Origin: Candidatus Omnitrophota bacterium
GTDB lineage: Bacteria; Omnitrophota; Gorgyraeia; VGKH01
NCBI GenBank assembly: GCA_022703055.1
Contig: JAKLEP010000001.1
Location: 346,850 to 410,849, forward strand
Reading direction: 5' to 3'
Length of the DNA stretch: 64,000 nucleotides
Shown here: in pieces, positions 1-11,960 of the stretch
Layout of the letters: every line of letters begins with the position of its first letter
Numbering within the stretch: the first letter of the stretch is position 1
Program-made: the position numbers and the translations under genes
Notes under the pieces: generated by a model
What the model saw: only the letters and a program-made list of their open reading frames with translations
The model's database searches: none
What the model was told of the DNA's origin: nothing

Positions 1-76
1 GATGGCGGAATGGCATACGCGCATGGCTTAGGACCATGTGCCGCAAGGCTTGGAGGTTCAACTCCTCTTCCGCCCA
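1..76 (+). tRNA. tRNA-Leu (anticodon UAG), 5' end cut by window edge
   Basis: D-arm GCGGAATGGCATACGC. Anticodon stem-loop CATGG-CTTAGGA-CCATG. Long variable arm. T-arm GGAGG-TTCAACT-CCTCT. 3' acceptor TCCGCCC plus discriminator A. Only the last 2 nt (GA) of the 5' acceptor strand lie inside the window. Confidence 0.85.
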
Positions 77-111
77 TAAAAGGATTCATTTAGGATTTAT
101 TTGGATTATAT

Positions 112-187
112 GCGGGAGTAACTCAGTTGGTAGAGTGCAACGTTGCCAACGTTGATGTCGCGGGTTCGACCCCCGTCTCCCGCTCCA
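112..187 (+). tRNA. tRNA-Gly (anticodon GCC) with encoded CCA
   Basis: Acceptor GCGGGAG/CTCCCGC. D-arm ACTCAGTTGGTAGAGT. Anticodon stem-loop CAACG-TTGCCAA-CGTTG. T-arm GCGGG-TTCGACC-CCCGT. Ends in T-CCA. Confidence 0.9.
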
Positions 188-239
188 TCTATCCAGATTA
201 AAAAAAGTTTTAGTTGCAAGGATTATTAAGGAGGAAAAA

Positions 240-710
240 ATGAAGATAATGGATTTCTTGAGTAGACAGGCGATTTCAACCGACATCAAGGCTACAGATA
301 AAGAAGGGGTCATAAAAGAGCTAGTCGAGCTTTTGGTTGCTGCGGAAGAGATAGACAAGCGCGATAGAAATAAGTTGCTTGAGACTCTTATGGCCCGCGA
401 GGCTTTAGGTTCTACCGCAATCGGCCAGGGAGTCGGCATACCTCATGGAAAGAGCGACTGCGTGAAGAAATTAGTCGCCGCCTTCGGGATTTCCCAAAAA
501 GGCGTCAATTTTGATTCCCTTGACGGAGAGCCGGTTTATCTATTCTTTCTTTTGGTTGCTCCGCAGGATTCCGCAGGCCCTCACCTTAAAGCACTGGCAA
601 GAATTTCAAGGTTATTAAAAGACAAATATTTCAGAGACAGCTTAAGGCAGGCAAAAGACGATAAGGCAGTTATAAAGATTATTGTCCAGGAAGACGAAAG
701 AAAAGTATAA
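240..710 (+). CDS. ptsN: PTS EIIA(Ntr)-type regulatory protein
   Basis: 156 aa. EIIA type-2 signature with a phosphorylatable His in GIGQGVGIPHGKS. SD AAGGAGG lies upstream. Sits next to ptsH and ptsI. Confidence 0.8.
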   Translation: MKIMDFLSRQAISTDIKATDKEGVIKELVELLVAAEEIDKRDRNKLLETLMAREALGSTAIGQGVGIPHGKSDCVKKLVAAFGISQKGVNFDSLDGEPVYLFFLLVAPQDSAGPHLKALARISRLLKDKYFRDSLRQAKDDKAVIKIIVQEDERKV

Positions 711-715
711 ACGAT

Positions 716-1966
716 ATGAAATTAAATTTTTTAAAGTGGTTTTATCCCGGGATGGGGATTAAAAGATGGATCGGCCTCGCCATCTTAGGCATCATTATGG
801 TTAGCTTTGGTTCGGCTAATTTGTTGGCTGAGGTTTTCTTCTTTGGAAAAATTGTCGATACCATCACCATATTTCTTGGAATTATTTTAATTGTAATAAG
901 CGGTTATAAAATATTAGTTTCCTTTATAAGCGTATTTTTGCCTAAAAATAGAAGCGACCTAGCCACGATTTTCTTCGCCAGGCGTCAGCTTGAGCGCGGG
1001 CCGAAGATTGTCGCCGTTGGAGGCGGGCATGGCTTGTCTATGCTCTTGCATGGAATCAAAGAATATACCAATAATATTACTGCTATTGTTACTGTCGCTG
1101 ATAGCGGAGGAAGCTCCGGGAGATTAAGAGAACAGTTTGATGTTTTGCCTCCGGGGGATATAAGAAACTGTTTGGTGGCTTTGGCAGATTCAGAGCCTTT
1201 GATGCAGAAACTTTTTCAATTCAGATTTGAAGAAGGTGGAGATTTAAAAGGCCATAATTTTGGCAATCTTTTTATTACCGCCTTAACTAAGGTAACAGGG
1301 GATTTTGAAGCTGCAATAAAGGCATCAAGCAAAGTATTGGCGATTAGAGGAGAAGTAATTCCTTCGACGCTGCAGAATGTTTCGCTAGTTGCAGAATATA
1401 AAGACGGTTCGATTATTCAAGGGGAGCATAGGATTCCAGAGAAGAATTTACCCATAAGGAGGGTTTCTCTCGTTCCGGGAGATTCTCCTGCTACCGAAGA
1501 AGCAGTAAAAGCAATTAAAGAAGCCGAAGTTATTCTTTTAGGGCCAGGAAGTTTGTATACCAGCATTATTCCTAATTTGTTAACTAAGGGTATAACTGAC
1601 GCTATTAGTGATTCAAAGGTTCTAAAGATATATGTTTGTAATGTCATGACTCAGCCCGGCGAAACAGATGGCTATAAAGCATCCGATCATGTTGAGGCCT
1701 TGGTTCATCATTCTTCAAAGGATATCATTAATCATTGCATTGTCAATATTAATACCGAAGCCCCAAAAGAATTGCTTGAGAGATATAAAAGAGAACAGTC
1801 GTTTCCGGTTATCGCCGACAGCCATAGGATAAAAGAGATGGGTTATTCAGTTGTCGAGGAGGAATTGATTAGCGCTTCCGATTTTTTGAGGCATGACTCC
1901 GCGAAACTTTCTAAGCTTATTATTAATTTGATTCTTGGCAAACGTCCGAGAAAAACAGCAAGTTAG
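716..1966 (+). CDS. YvcK/CofD-like (UPF0052, gluconeogenesis factor family) protein with an N-terminal membrane anchor
   Basis: 416 aa. Motif GGGHGLSMLL...TAIVTVADSGGSSGRLR is typical of the YvcK family. An extra ~90 aa N-terminus carries two hydrophobic helices. Confidence 0.75.
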   Translation: MKLNFLKWFYPGMGIKRWIGLAILGIIMVSFGSANLLAEVFFFGKIVDTITIFLGIILIVISGYKILVSFISVFLPKNRSDLATIFFARRQLERGPKIVAVGGGHGLSMLLHGIKEYTNNITAIVTVADSGGSSGRLREQFDVLPPGDIRNCLVALADSEPLMQKLFQFRFEEGGDLKGHNFGNLFITALTKVTGDFEAAIKASSKVLAIRGEVIPSTLQNVSLVAEYKDGSIIQGEHRIPEKNLPIRRVSLVPGDSPATEEAVKAIKEAEVILLGPGSLYTSIIPNLLTKGITDAISDSKVLKIYVCNVMTQPGETDGYKASDHVEALVHHSSKDIINHCIVNINTEAPKELLERYKREQSFPVIADSHRIKEMGYSVVEEELISASDFLRHDSAKLSKLIINLILGKRPRKTAS

Positions 1967-1969
1967 TTT

Positions 1970-2242
1970 TTGATGAATATGGTTTCAGCAAAAAAGGTCG
2001 TCACGATAAAGAACAAACAGGGCTTGCATGCAAGGCCTGCAGCTTTATTTGTGCAGATAGCCAGCAAATATGATTCTGAAATCACAGTTAAAAAAGGAAA
2101 AGAAACCGTAAATGGTAAATCGATTATGGGGATATTAATGCTCGCGGCAAATAGAGGCAGTAAAGTGACTATTGAGGCAGTCGGAGACGATGCCGAAAAG
2201 GCTATTTTGGAATTGGAGGCTTTGTTAGGTAGAGATGAGTGA
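1970..2242 (+). CDS. ptsH: Phosphocarrier protein HPr/NPr
   Basis: 90 aa. Active-site His in QGLHARPA. Ser46-like site in NGKSIMG. Confidence 0.85.
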   Translation: MMNMVSAKKVVTIKNKQGLHARPAALFVQIASKYDSEITVKKGKETVNGKSIMGILMLAANRGSKVTIEAVGDDAEKAILELEALLGRDE

Positions 2243-4004
2243 AATAGTTTTAAAAGGTATACCTGCAGCGTCCGGCGTAGCCATAGGCCCGGCTTTTCTA
2301 TTCGGCAAAGAGGAATTTCGTATCTCCCCTAGGAAGATTTCCGAAGCCAGCGTCGCTTTGGAGATAGCGCGTTTCGAAGAAGCTTTGATTAAGACGAGGC
2401 ATGAAATCCTGGAGATTCAGAAACGCATAGCCGAAGAGATGGGCACGGAGCATGCCGAGATTTTTGACGCGCATCTTTTGGTCCTTGAAGATAGGACGCT
2501 CATTGAGGATGTTATTGCTAGAATAAAGAGAGAGAAGTTTTGCGTCGAGTATATATTCTCGGAAGTGCTCAAGAAGTATATCTCGGTATTTTCAAAGATA
2601 GAAGACGAATATCTTCGCGAAAGAGTCAGCGATATTAATGATGTAGGCAAAAGGATATTAAGGAATTTATTGGGAGAGAAGAAAAGCATAGTCGTTGATG
2701 TCGATGCCGAAAACCTTATTTTGGTCTCCTATGATCTTGCTCCTTCGGATACGGCATCTATGTATAAGAAAAATATCGTCGCATTCGTAACCGATATCGG
2801 ATCGCGCACTTCGCACACTGCGATTATGGCTAAATCGCTGGAAATTCCAGCCGTTGTAGGCCTTGAGGTTGCTACTGAAAAGATAAGTAACGGCGATATT
2901 TTAATCGTAGACGGGAAAACTGGCACCGTAATAGTAAATCCCGATAAAGAAACGCTGGAGAGGTATGAAACCGCCAAGGTTAAGCTCACTGTCCAGAAAG
3001 AGAAGTTTTTTAGTTTAAGAGAATTACCTGCTAAGACCAAGGACGACAGAGAGGTCTTGATAGCTGCAAACATAGAATTACCGGAAGAGATCCCTTCGGT
3101 TATTGACCATGGTGCAAGAGGCATTGGCCTTTATCGAACCGAATATTTTTATATGAACAGGACTGATCTTCCCTCGGAAGAGGAACATTATCAGGCTTAC
3201 CGCCATGTCGCCCAAGAGGTATCGCCGCATCCCGTAATAATCAGGACTTTGGATTTGGGAGGAGATAAGTTTTTGTCGCAGCTACATGTTCCTAGGGATA
3301 TGCATCCTTTCTTAGGATGGAGGGCTATCCGTTTCTGTCTTGCCAGGCCAGATATATTTAAGATTCAGCTGAGGGCGATACTGCGTGCTTCGGTTCACGG
3401 AAAACTCAAGCTTATGTATCCTATGATTTCCGGAGTAGAAGAATTGCGGCAGGCAAATAATCTTCTGGAGGAATGCAGAAACGAACTAAAAAAAGATAAT
3501 ATAAAATTTGACCGAGACTTAGAAGTCGGGGCGATGATTGAGGTGCCTTCCGCGGCAATTACCGCTGATATCATAGCCAAAGAGGCCGATTTCTTCAGTA
3601 TCGGAACCAACGATTTAATTCAGTATTCTTTAGCTGTAGATAGAACCAATGAAAAGATAGCTTATCTGTATGAGCCGGCCCATCCCGCGGTTTTGAAGCT
3701 AGTTAAGACTATTATTGATGCTGGCCATAAATCCAAGATTTGGGTTGGGATGTGCGGTGAAATGTCGGGCGATCCGGAACTTGCACTTGTGCTGTTGGGT
3801 TTGGGGTTGGATGAATTCAGCATGCCGCCATCGTCGGTGCCGCTTATAAAGCAATTGATCCGTTCGGTTGCTTATAAAGAGGCTAAAAAAATAGCAGAAC
3901 ATGCACTTTCTCTATCTACAGGAAAGGAAGTCGAAGAATACAGCAGTCAGCAGCTTAAAAAAATAGCACCTGAACTTTTAGGAGAGAATGATAATAACAA
4001 ATGA
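2235..4004 (+). CDS. ptsI: Phosphoenolpyruvate-protein phosphotransferase (PTS enzyme I)
   Basis: 589 aa. Phospho-His motif GSRTSHTAIMAKS. PEP-utilising C-terminal domain (IGTNDLIQY, CGEMSGDP). Start overlaps the ptsH stop. Confidence 0.9.
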   Translation: MSEIVLKGIPAASGVAIGPAFLFGKEEFRISPRKISEASVALEIARFEEALIKTRHEILEIQKRIAEEMGTEHAEIFDAHLLVLEDRTLIEDVIARIKREKFCVEYIFSEVLKKYISVFSKIEDEYLRERVSDINDVGKRILRNLLGEKKSIVVDVDAENLILVSYDLAPSDTASMYKKNIVAFVTDIGSRTSHTAIMAKSLEIPAVVGLEVATEKISNGDILIVDGKTGTVIVNPDKETLERYETAKVKLTVQKEKFFSLRELPAKTKDDREVLIAANIELPEEIPSVIDHGARGIGLYRTEYFYMNRTDLPSEEEHYQAYRHVAQEVSPHPVIIRTLDLGGDKFLSQLHVPRDMHPFLGWRAIRFCLARPDIFKIQLRAILRASVHGKLKLMYPMISGVEELRQANNLLEECRNELKKDNIKFDRDLEVGAMIEVPSAAITADIIAKEADFFSIGTNDLIQYSLAVDRTNEKIAYLYEPAHPAVLKLVKTIIDAGHKSKIWVGMCGEMSGDPELALVLLGLGLDEFSMPPSSVPLIKQLIRSVAYKEAKKIAEHALSLSTGKEVEEYSSQQLKKIAPELLGENDNNK

Positions 4005-4783
4005 AAGATCTTAAGAAAAATATAGGTTTACCGGTTAAGTTAGATGATAATTATCAATTAATTTTTGAGAATGGGTTGTCTAAGGTTTTGCCGGCAATAA
4101 GGACAATTGACGAGATGAGGGAAGTCCTCGTAGACAAAACCATAAGTTCGCCCAAAGAACTTTATTATATGTACCGGGATGTAGCTTTCGATAAAGACAG
4201 GCCGATGGAGAAGAAATACGAATTAAGATATGACATAACGGTTATAAGGCCTGATAAGCTGGGTGATGAGTTTATGAAGACCGCCGGTCACTATCATCCA
4301 GGAGATTATCCCGAGCTTTACGAAGTTGTCTACGGGACAGCGTGGTGTTTATTGCAAAAGCCTTCAAAAAAAGATTATAAAGTGATAGAGGATGTAATCT
4401 TAGTGAAAGCCCAGACTGGAGATAAGATCGTCTGCCTCCCCGGCTACGGCCATATTCTGATTAATCCTTCTAAAAACGAGCCATTGGTGACGTCAAACTG
4501 GGTAGGAACGAGGTTCAGTTCCGATTATTCTCTTTATAAAGAAGCAGAAGGCGCAGCATATTTCTACTCTGAGAAAAACGGCAAACTCAAAATAGAAAAG
4601 AATAATTTTTTTACTCAGGTGCCAAAAGATATAAAACAAATGGTTCCGAGCGCTAAAATTGAGAAATTCGGCCTGGAGAGAAATAAGCCTATTTACCCGA
4701 TTATAAACAACCCTGACAAATTAAGGTTTTTGAATTATCCCGTCGAGTTTGATTTTAGCGACGCATTCGTAACAAAAGCTTAA
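4001..4783 (+). CDS. Cupin-type (archaeal-type) glucose-6-phosphate isomerase
   Basis: 260 aa. The block DKLGDEFMKTAGHYHPGDYPELYEVVYG...LPGYGHILIN parallels the Pyrococcus cupin PGI metal site (T-x-GH-x-H...E...H), as recalled from memory. Confidence 0.65.
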   Translation: MKDLKKNIGLPVKLDDNYQLIFENGLSKVLPAIRTIDEMREVLVDKTISSPKELYYMYRDVAFDKDRPMEKKYELRYDITVIRPDKLGDEFMKTAGHYHPGDYPELYEVVYGTAWCLLQKPSKKDYKVIEDVILVKAQTGDKIVCLPGYGHILINPSKNEPLVTSNWVGTRFSSDYSLYKEAEGAAYFYSEKNGKLKIEKNNFFTQVPKDIKQMVPSAKIEKFGLERNKPIYPIINNPDKLRFLNYPVEFDFSDAFVTKA

Positions 4784-4787
4784 AATC

Positions 4788-5554
4788 ATGAAAGCGATAA
4801 TTTTAGCTGCTGGTTATGCCACTAGACTCTATCCTCTGACCGAAAATTTCCCCAAGCCGCTGATCGAAGTCAAAAAGAAGCCGATACTCACTTACATTGT
4901 TGAAAAGATAGAGCCTATAGCTGATTTAGACGAGGCTGTGATTGTGACCAACAGTAAATTCTATGATAATGTTTCCAAATGGGCCAAAGATTCTCAGAAG
5001 GACTTTAAAAACATAAAATTAAAGGTTTTTAACGACGGGACAAATTCTCCAGCCGATAGATTAGGCGCCATCGGTGACATAGAATTTGCCATAAAGAAAG
5101 ATGCTTTGGAAAAAGCAGATATTCTGGTAGTCGGCGGAGATAATTTGTTTGATTCCGATTTGCACGATTTTATCAGTTTTGCGAAAAGCAATTCACCCAG
5201 TGCGACGATAGGAGTTTTTGATATAAAAGATAAGAAACACGCCAACAAATACGGCGTTGTAGCCTTAGATAGAGATAAAAAGATTGCTTCGTTTGAGGAA
5301 AAACCCAAAATTGCCAAGTCTAGCTTGGTTGCAATGTGCCTTTATTATTTTCCTCGCGAGACTGTGGGTCTGATAAGCGAATATATAAAGAGTACGGAAA
5401 AAAGCGATACTACGGGCGGTTACATCAGCTGGCTTTGCGCAAAAAAAGCGGTTTACGGTTTTATATTTCAAGGCAAATGGGAAGACATAGGGAATATTCA
5501 TTCTTTATGTAAATTAGACCAACACTATTGTCAATTTATAAAGGAGGATAATGC

Positions 5555-5558
<4 letters not shown>
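4788..5558 (+). CDS. Sugar-1-phosphate nucleotidylyltransferase family protein
   Basis: 256 aa. N-terminal signature [25 protein letters not shown]. Substrate cannot be determined from sequence. Confidence 0.7.
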
Positions 5559-7977
<2,419 letters not shown>

Positions 7978-7978
7978 T

Positions 7979-8944
7979 ATGGCGATTAAAAGGATCGGTT
8001 TATTGACTGCCGGCGGAGATGCGCCGGGAATGAACGCCGCGATTCGCAGCGTCGTGCGCTACGCGATCAGCCATAAACTGGAAGTTATGGGGGTATTGCG
8101 CGGTTGGTGGGGCTTGATTAATGAAGAAATAAAGCCTTTGGACCATCGTTCAGTATCCAATATTATAAATTTAGGCGGGACTATATTGAAGACGGCCCGC
8201 TGCCCGGAATTCCATACTAAAGAAGGTCAGGAGAGGGCAAAAAAGACTATTGAGAAATATTCTATTGATGGCTTGATTGTTGTCGGAGGAAACGGGACTT
8301 TTGAGGCCTCGCATAAATTCAGCGAAAAATATAAAATTCCCTGTGTTGGTATTGCTGCTTCCATTGATAATGATGTTAATGGCATTGAAGAAACTATCGG
8401 CGCAGACACAGCGATTAATACGGCGCTATTCGCAATTGATAATATCCGCGATACCGCGACTTCTATGGAGAGAATTTTTGTCATTGAGGTAATGGGCAGG
8501 GAATCCGGTTATATCGCTTTACAGGTGGCTTTGGCTGGCGGCTGTGAAGAAGTGATTATCCCTGAACGCAAATATGATTTAGAAAGAATCTGCCATGAAA
8601 TCGTCGAGGGCAACTTAAGAGGCAAGATAAGCTGGATAATCGTAATCGCCGAGGGCGCGGGAAAATCCGAAGATATCGCCAAGAAGATTACCGAGATTAC
8701 CACTCTTGAAACCAGGGCGGTCATCTTGGGGCATATCCAAAGAGGAGGCAGGCCTACGGCTTTTAGCCGTAACCTAGCGTTACGTTTTGGCCAGGCGGCA
8801 GTGGATTGTCTCCTAAAAGGAGAGACAGGTAAGGCTATAGGTTTGACAAATGGAAAAATTGTTGCCGTCGATTTTGCCACTGCCATTAAGAAAAAAGAAC
8901 TGCAAGTAGAAAATCTGTATAATTTAGTTAGAATATTAACTTAA
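7979..8944 (+). CDS. pfkA: ATP-dependent 6-phosphofructokinase
   Basis: 321 aa. Motifs GVLTAGGDAPGMNAAIR, VVGGNGT, IDNDV, MGRESGYIAL, GHIQRGG. Confidence 0.9.
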   Translation: MAIKRIGLLTAGGDAPGMNAAIRSVVRYAISHKLEVMGVLRGWWGLINEEIKPLDHRSVSNIINLGGTILKTARCPEFHTKEGQERAKKTIEKYSIDGLIVVGGNGTFEASHKFSEKYKIPCVGIAASIDNDVNGIEETIGADTAINTALFAIDNIRDTATSMERIFVIEVMGRESGYIALQVALAGGCEEVIIPERKYDLERICHEIVEGNLRGKISWIIVIAEGAGKSEDIAKKITEITTLETRAVILGHIQRGGRPTAFSRNLALRFGQAAVDCLLKGETGKAIGLTNGKIVAVDFATAIKKKELQVENLYNLVRILT

Positions 8945-8972
8945 TTTGTAGAAAGGAGCAAGAAGCATTATC

Positions 8973-10298
8973 ATGGGACGTCGCAAGCTTGATATGGACA
9001 AAATGGTTTTGGATTTAATCTTAGCCAGCGATTTGGCAGCCAAACATAAAATCGCCAAAAAGATTTTCACTATAGCTTATAAAAACGGGATTTATCCCTC
9101 GTCGATACACGATTTTTATATGGCGCGAGGCCGCAAGGAATTCTCCGGCTTTACCGTACCGGCAATAAATTTGAGGGCTTTAACCTTCGATTTGGCCAAA
9201 GCCATATTTAGAGTCGCTAAAAACAATAATACTGGGAGTTTTATTTTTGAAATTGCCAAATCCGAGATGGGTTATACCGATCAGCCGCCGATAGAATATA
9301 CTGGTGTCATTTTGGCAGCGGCAATCAAGGAAGAATATAAGGGGCCGGTATTTATCCAGGGCGACCATTTTCAGGCAAATGCCAAGAAATATAAAGAGAA
9401 TCCACAGAAGGAAATTGATAGCCTTAAAGAGCTCATTACTGAAGCAATAGAGAGCGGTTTTTATAATATCGATATCGATAGTTCAACCTTGGTTGATTTG
9501 TCCAGAAAAACTACAATGCAGCAGCAAGAAGATAATTTCAAGGTCGCCGCGGAATTAACTGCATTTATTAGAAAATTACAGCCGCGCGGCGTGAATGTTT
9601 CCGTAGGAGGAGAGATAGGTGAAGTCGGCCACGCAAATAGCAATCCCGAAGAACTTCACGCTTACATGAAAGGCTATAGAAAATCCTTAAGGAAGAATTA
9701 TCAGGGACTAAGTAAAATCAGCGTTCAGACCGGAACTAGCCACGGCGGAGTGGTTTTGCCTGACGGTTCAATCGCCCAGGTAAAATTGGATTTTGAAACT
9801 TTAAGGACGCTTTCGGAAATCGCCAGAAATGAATATGGTATGGCAGGGGCTGTCCAGCATGGCGCATCAACTTTGCCGGCCGAGGCTTTCCATAAATTCC
9901 CTGAGGTTGAAACCGCGGAAGTACATTTGGCTACAGAATTCCAGAACATGCTTTATGAAAGCAAGCATTTCCCCAAGGAATTAAAGGATAAGATGTATGC
10001 CTGGATAAATGCGAATCTGCAATCGGAAAAGAAATCCGACCAGACAGAAGAGCAGTTCATCTATAGCGCAAGAAAGAAAGCTCTAGGGCCGTTTAAGAAA
10101 GATATCATGGGCTTAGCGGCTGATGTGCGCACTGCGATTGCCAAAGAAGTTGAGGCAAAATTTGATTTTCTATTTAAGCAGCTCAAGAATGTCAACAATA
10201 GAGAGTTAATCGATAAATTTATCACCTTAAAGCGCGTTGTGATCCATCATAAAGAGGAAGTAGAAGAGAAAGAGCGGGATACAGAAGGAGCAGATTAA
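8973..10298 (+). CDS. Class II (metal-dependent) fructose/ketose-bisphosphate aldolase family protein
   Basis: 441 aa. Motifs FTVPAINL, FIQGDHFQ, QTGTSHGG, AVQHGAST. Glycolytic neighbourhood (pfkA upstream). Confidence 0.65.
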   Translation: MGRRKLDMDKMVLDLILASDLAAKHKIAKKIFTIAYKNGIYPSSIHDFYMARGRKEFSGFTVPAINLRALTFDLAKAIFRVAKNNNTGSFIFEIAKSEMGYTDQPPIEYTGVILAAAIKEEYKGPVFIQGDHFQANAKKYKENPQKEIDSLKELITEAIESGFYNIDIDSSTLVDLSRKTTMQQQEDNFKVAAELTAFIRKLQPRGVNVSVGGEIGEVGHANSNPEELHAYMKGYRKSLRKNYQGLSKISVQTGTSHGGVVLPDGSIAQVKLDFETLRTLSEIARNEYGMAGAVQHGASTLPAEAFHKFPEVETAEVHLATEFQNMLYESKHFPKELKDKMYAWINANLQSEKKSDQTEEQFIYSARKKALGPFKKDIMGLAADVRTAIAKEVEAKFDFLFKQLKNVNNRELIDKFITLKRVVIHHKEEVEEKERDTEGAD

Positions 10299-10301
10299 AA
10301 A

Positions 10302-11960
10302 ATGAAGATGCGGTCAGATACGATAAAAAAAGGTAAAGAGAGATTTCCGCACAGGGCTTTGCTTTATGCTACTGGTGTCAAAAAGAAAGATTTAAACAAG
10401 CCTTTTATCGGTGTGGCTTCGGCTTTTACGGATTTAGTACCAGGACACATCAATATGCGCGAGCTGGAAGTTTTTATTAAGGATGGAATCCGTAAAGCGG
10501 GCGGCGTGCCATTTATCTTCGGCGTGCCGGCGATATGCGACGGAATCGCTATGGGCCACTCTGGCATGAAATATTCTTTAGCTTCCCGCGAATTAATCGC
10601 CGATGAAGTCGAATCGGTTGCCCAGGCGCATTGTCTAGATGGATTAGTGCTTCTTACCAATTGCGACAAGATAACTCCGGGTATGATTATGGGCGCGGCC
10701 AGAATCAATATCCCCACGATTGTGGTCACAGCCGGACCGATGCATTCCGGTATATATAAAGGGAAGAAACTTTCTTTAGTCAGGGATACCTTTGAACTTG
10801 TCGGTCAACTTAAAGCAGGTAAAATTTCTTTTAAGGAGGCCTGCAATATCGAACAGTGTGCCTGCCCGGGCGCAGGTTCCTGTCAAGGCCTGTATACAGC
10901 CAATACCATGGCGTGTCTTACTGAAACAATGGGATTGTCGCTTCCAGGATGCGCGACGGCCTTAGCCTTATCAAAAAAGAAGAAAGAAATTGCTTTTGAG
11001 AGCGGCAAGAAAATAGTGGAATTGGTAAAGAAAGATATCAAATTCAGTAAATTCTTGACTCAGGCTTCTTTGGAAAACGCTGTGCGCATGGATATGGCTT
11101 TGGGCGGTTCAAGCAATACGGTTTTACACCTTATGGCTATCGCTAATGAGGCGGGAGTAGATTTATCTTTAAAGACGTTTGATAAGCTTAGCAGGGTAAC
11201 TCCCGATATTATGTCTATTGAGCCGAGCGGCGATTATTATATGGAAGATCTTGATCGTGCCGGAGGGATTCCCGCGGTTTCGAAAAGATTAAAATCAAAA
11301 TTGCATAATACTCCGACGGTAAGCGGCAAAACATTATATCAGATAGCCGATGGCGCCAAGATTAAAGATGAAGATGTAATTCGTCCGTTCAATAAGGCTT
11401 ATCGTCCAGAAGGCGGAATTGCTATTCTCTTCGGGAATCTTGCTCCCGAAGGCGCGGTGGTAAAACAGGCCGCGGTTTCAGCTAAGATGATGCGTTTTAC
11501 CGGCAGGGCAATTGTATTTAATTCCGAAGAAGAGGCGATGAGCCAGATAATGAAAGGCGCGATTAAAAAAGGCCAAGTGGTGGTTGTGCGATATGAAGGG
11601 CCATCTGGCGGTCCGGGCATGCGTGAGATGTTATCGCCTACCTCAGCAATCACTGGGATGGGCCTGGCCAATGATGTAGCGCTTATTACCGACGGAAGAT
11701 TCTCCGGAGGCACGCGTGGTCCATGTATCGGCCATGTCGCGCCAGAAGCTGCGACAGGCGGCCCGATTGCAATTGTTAAAAATGGTGATATAATCGAGAT
11801 TGATATCCATAAGAGAAAATTAAATGTTAGATTATCGAGCGGTCAGATAAAGTCGCGTCTTAAATTGTGGCGAGCGCCGCAGGCGAAAGTAAAATCAGGA
11901 TATCTGGTCAGATATGCCAGAATGGTTCAATCCGCCAGTCAGGGAGCGATATTGAAATGA
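10302..11960 (+). CDS. ilvD: Dihydroxy-acid dehydratase
   Basis: 552 aa. Motifs [23 protein letters not shown]. Confidence 0.95.
   Translation: MKMRSDTIKKGKERFPHRALLYATGVKKKDLNKPFIGVASAFTDLVPGHINMRELEVFIKDGIRKAGGVPFIFGVPAICDGIAMGHSGMKYSLASRELIADEVESVAQAHCLDGLVLLTNCDKITPGMIMGAARINIPTIVVTAGPMHSGIYKGKKLSLVRDTFELVGQLKAGKISFKEACNIEQCACPGAGSCQGLYTANTMACLTETMGLSLPGCATALALSKKKKEIAFESGKKIVELVKKDIKFSKFLTQASLENAVRMDMALGGSSNTVLHLMAIANEAGVDLSLKTFDKLSRVTPDIMSIEPSGDYYMEDLDRAGGIPAVSKRLKSKLHNTPTVSGKTLYQIADGAKIKDEDVIRPFNKAYRPEGGIAILFGNLAPEGAVVKQAAVSAKMMRFTGRAIVFNSEEEAMSQIMKGAIKKGQVVVVRYEGPSGGPGMREMLSPTSAITGMGLANDVALITDGRFSGGTRGPCIGHVAPEAATGGPIAIVKNGDIIEIDIHKRKLNVRLSSGQIKSRLKLWRAPQAKVKSGYLVRYARMVQSASQGAILK

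Noticed and set aside
86-439. 117 aa minus-strand ORF
   Set aside because: It overlaps tRNA-Gly and runs antisense to the well-supported ptsN start. It has no SD and its composition is typical of a shadow frame.
11867-11956. N-terminal extensions in the ORF track: ilvB 11867, xerC 29603, PEBP 22450, OmpA-like 61906, MshEN-PilZ 19947, CcdA fusion 56409
   Set aside because: The extensions overlap the preceding gene or a structured leader and lack an SD. Internal ATGs with an SD, or with ATGA/TAATG coupling, give N-termini that match the families.
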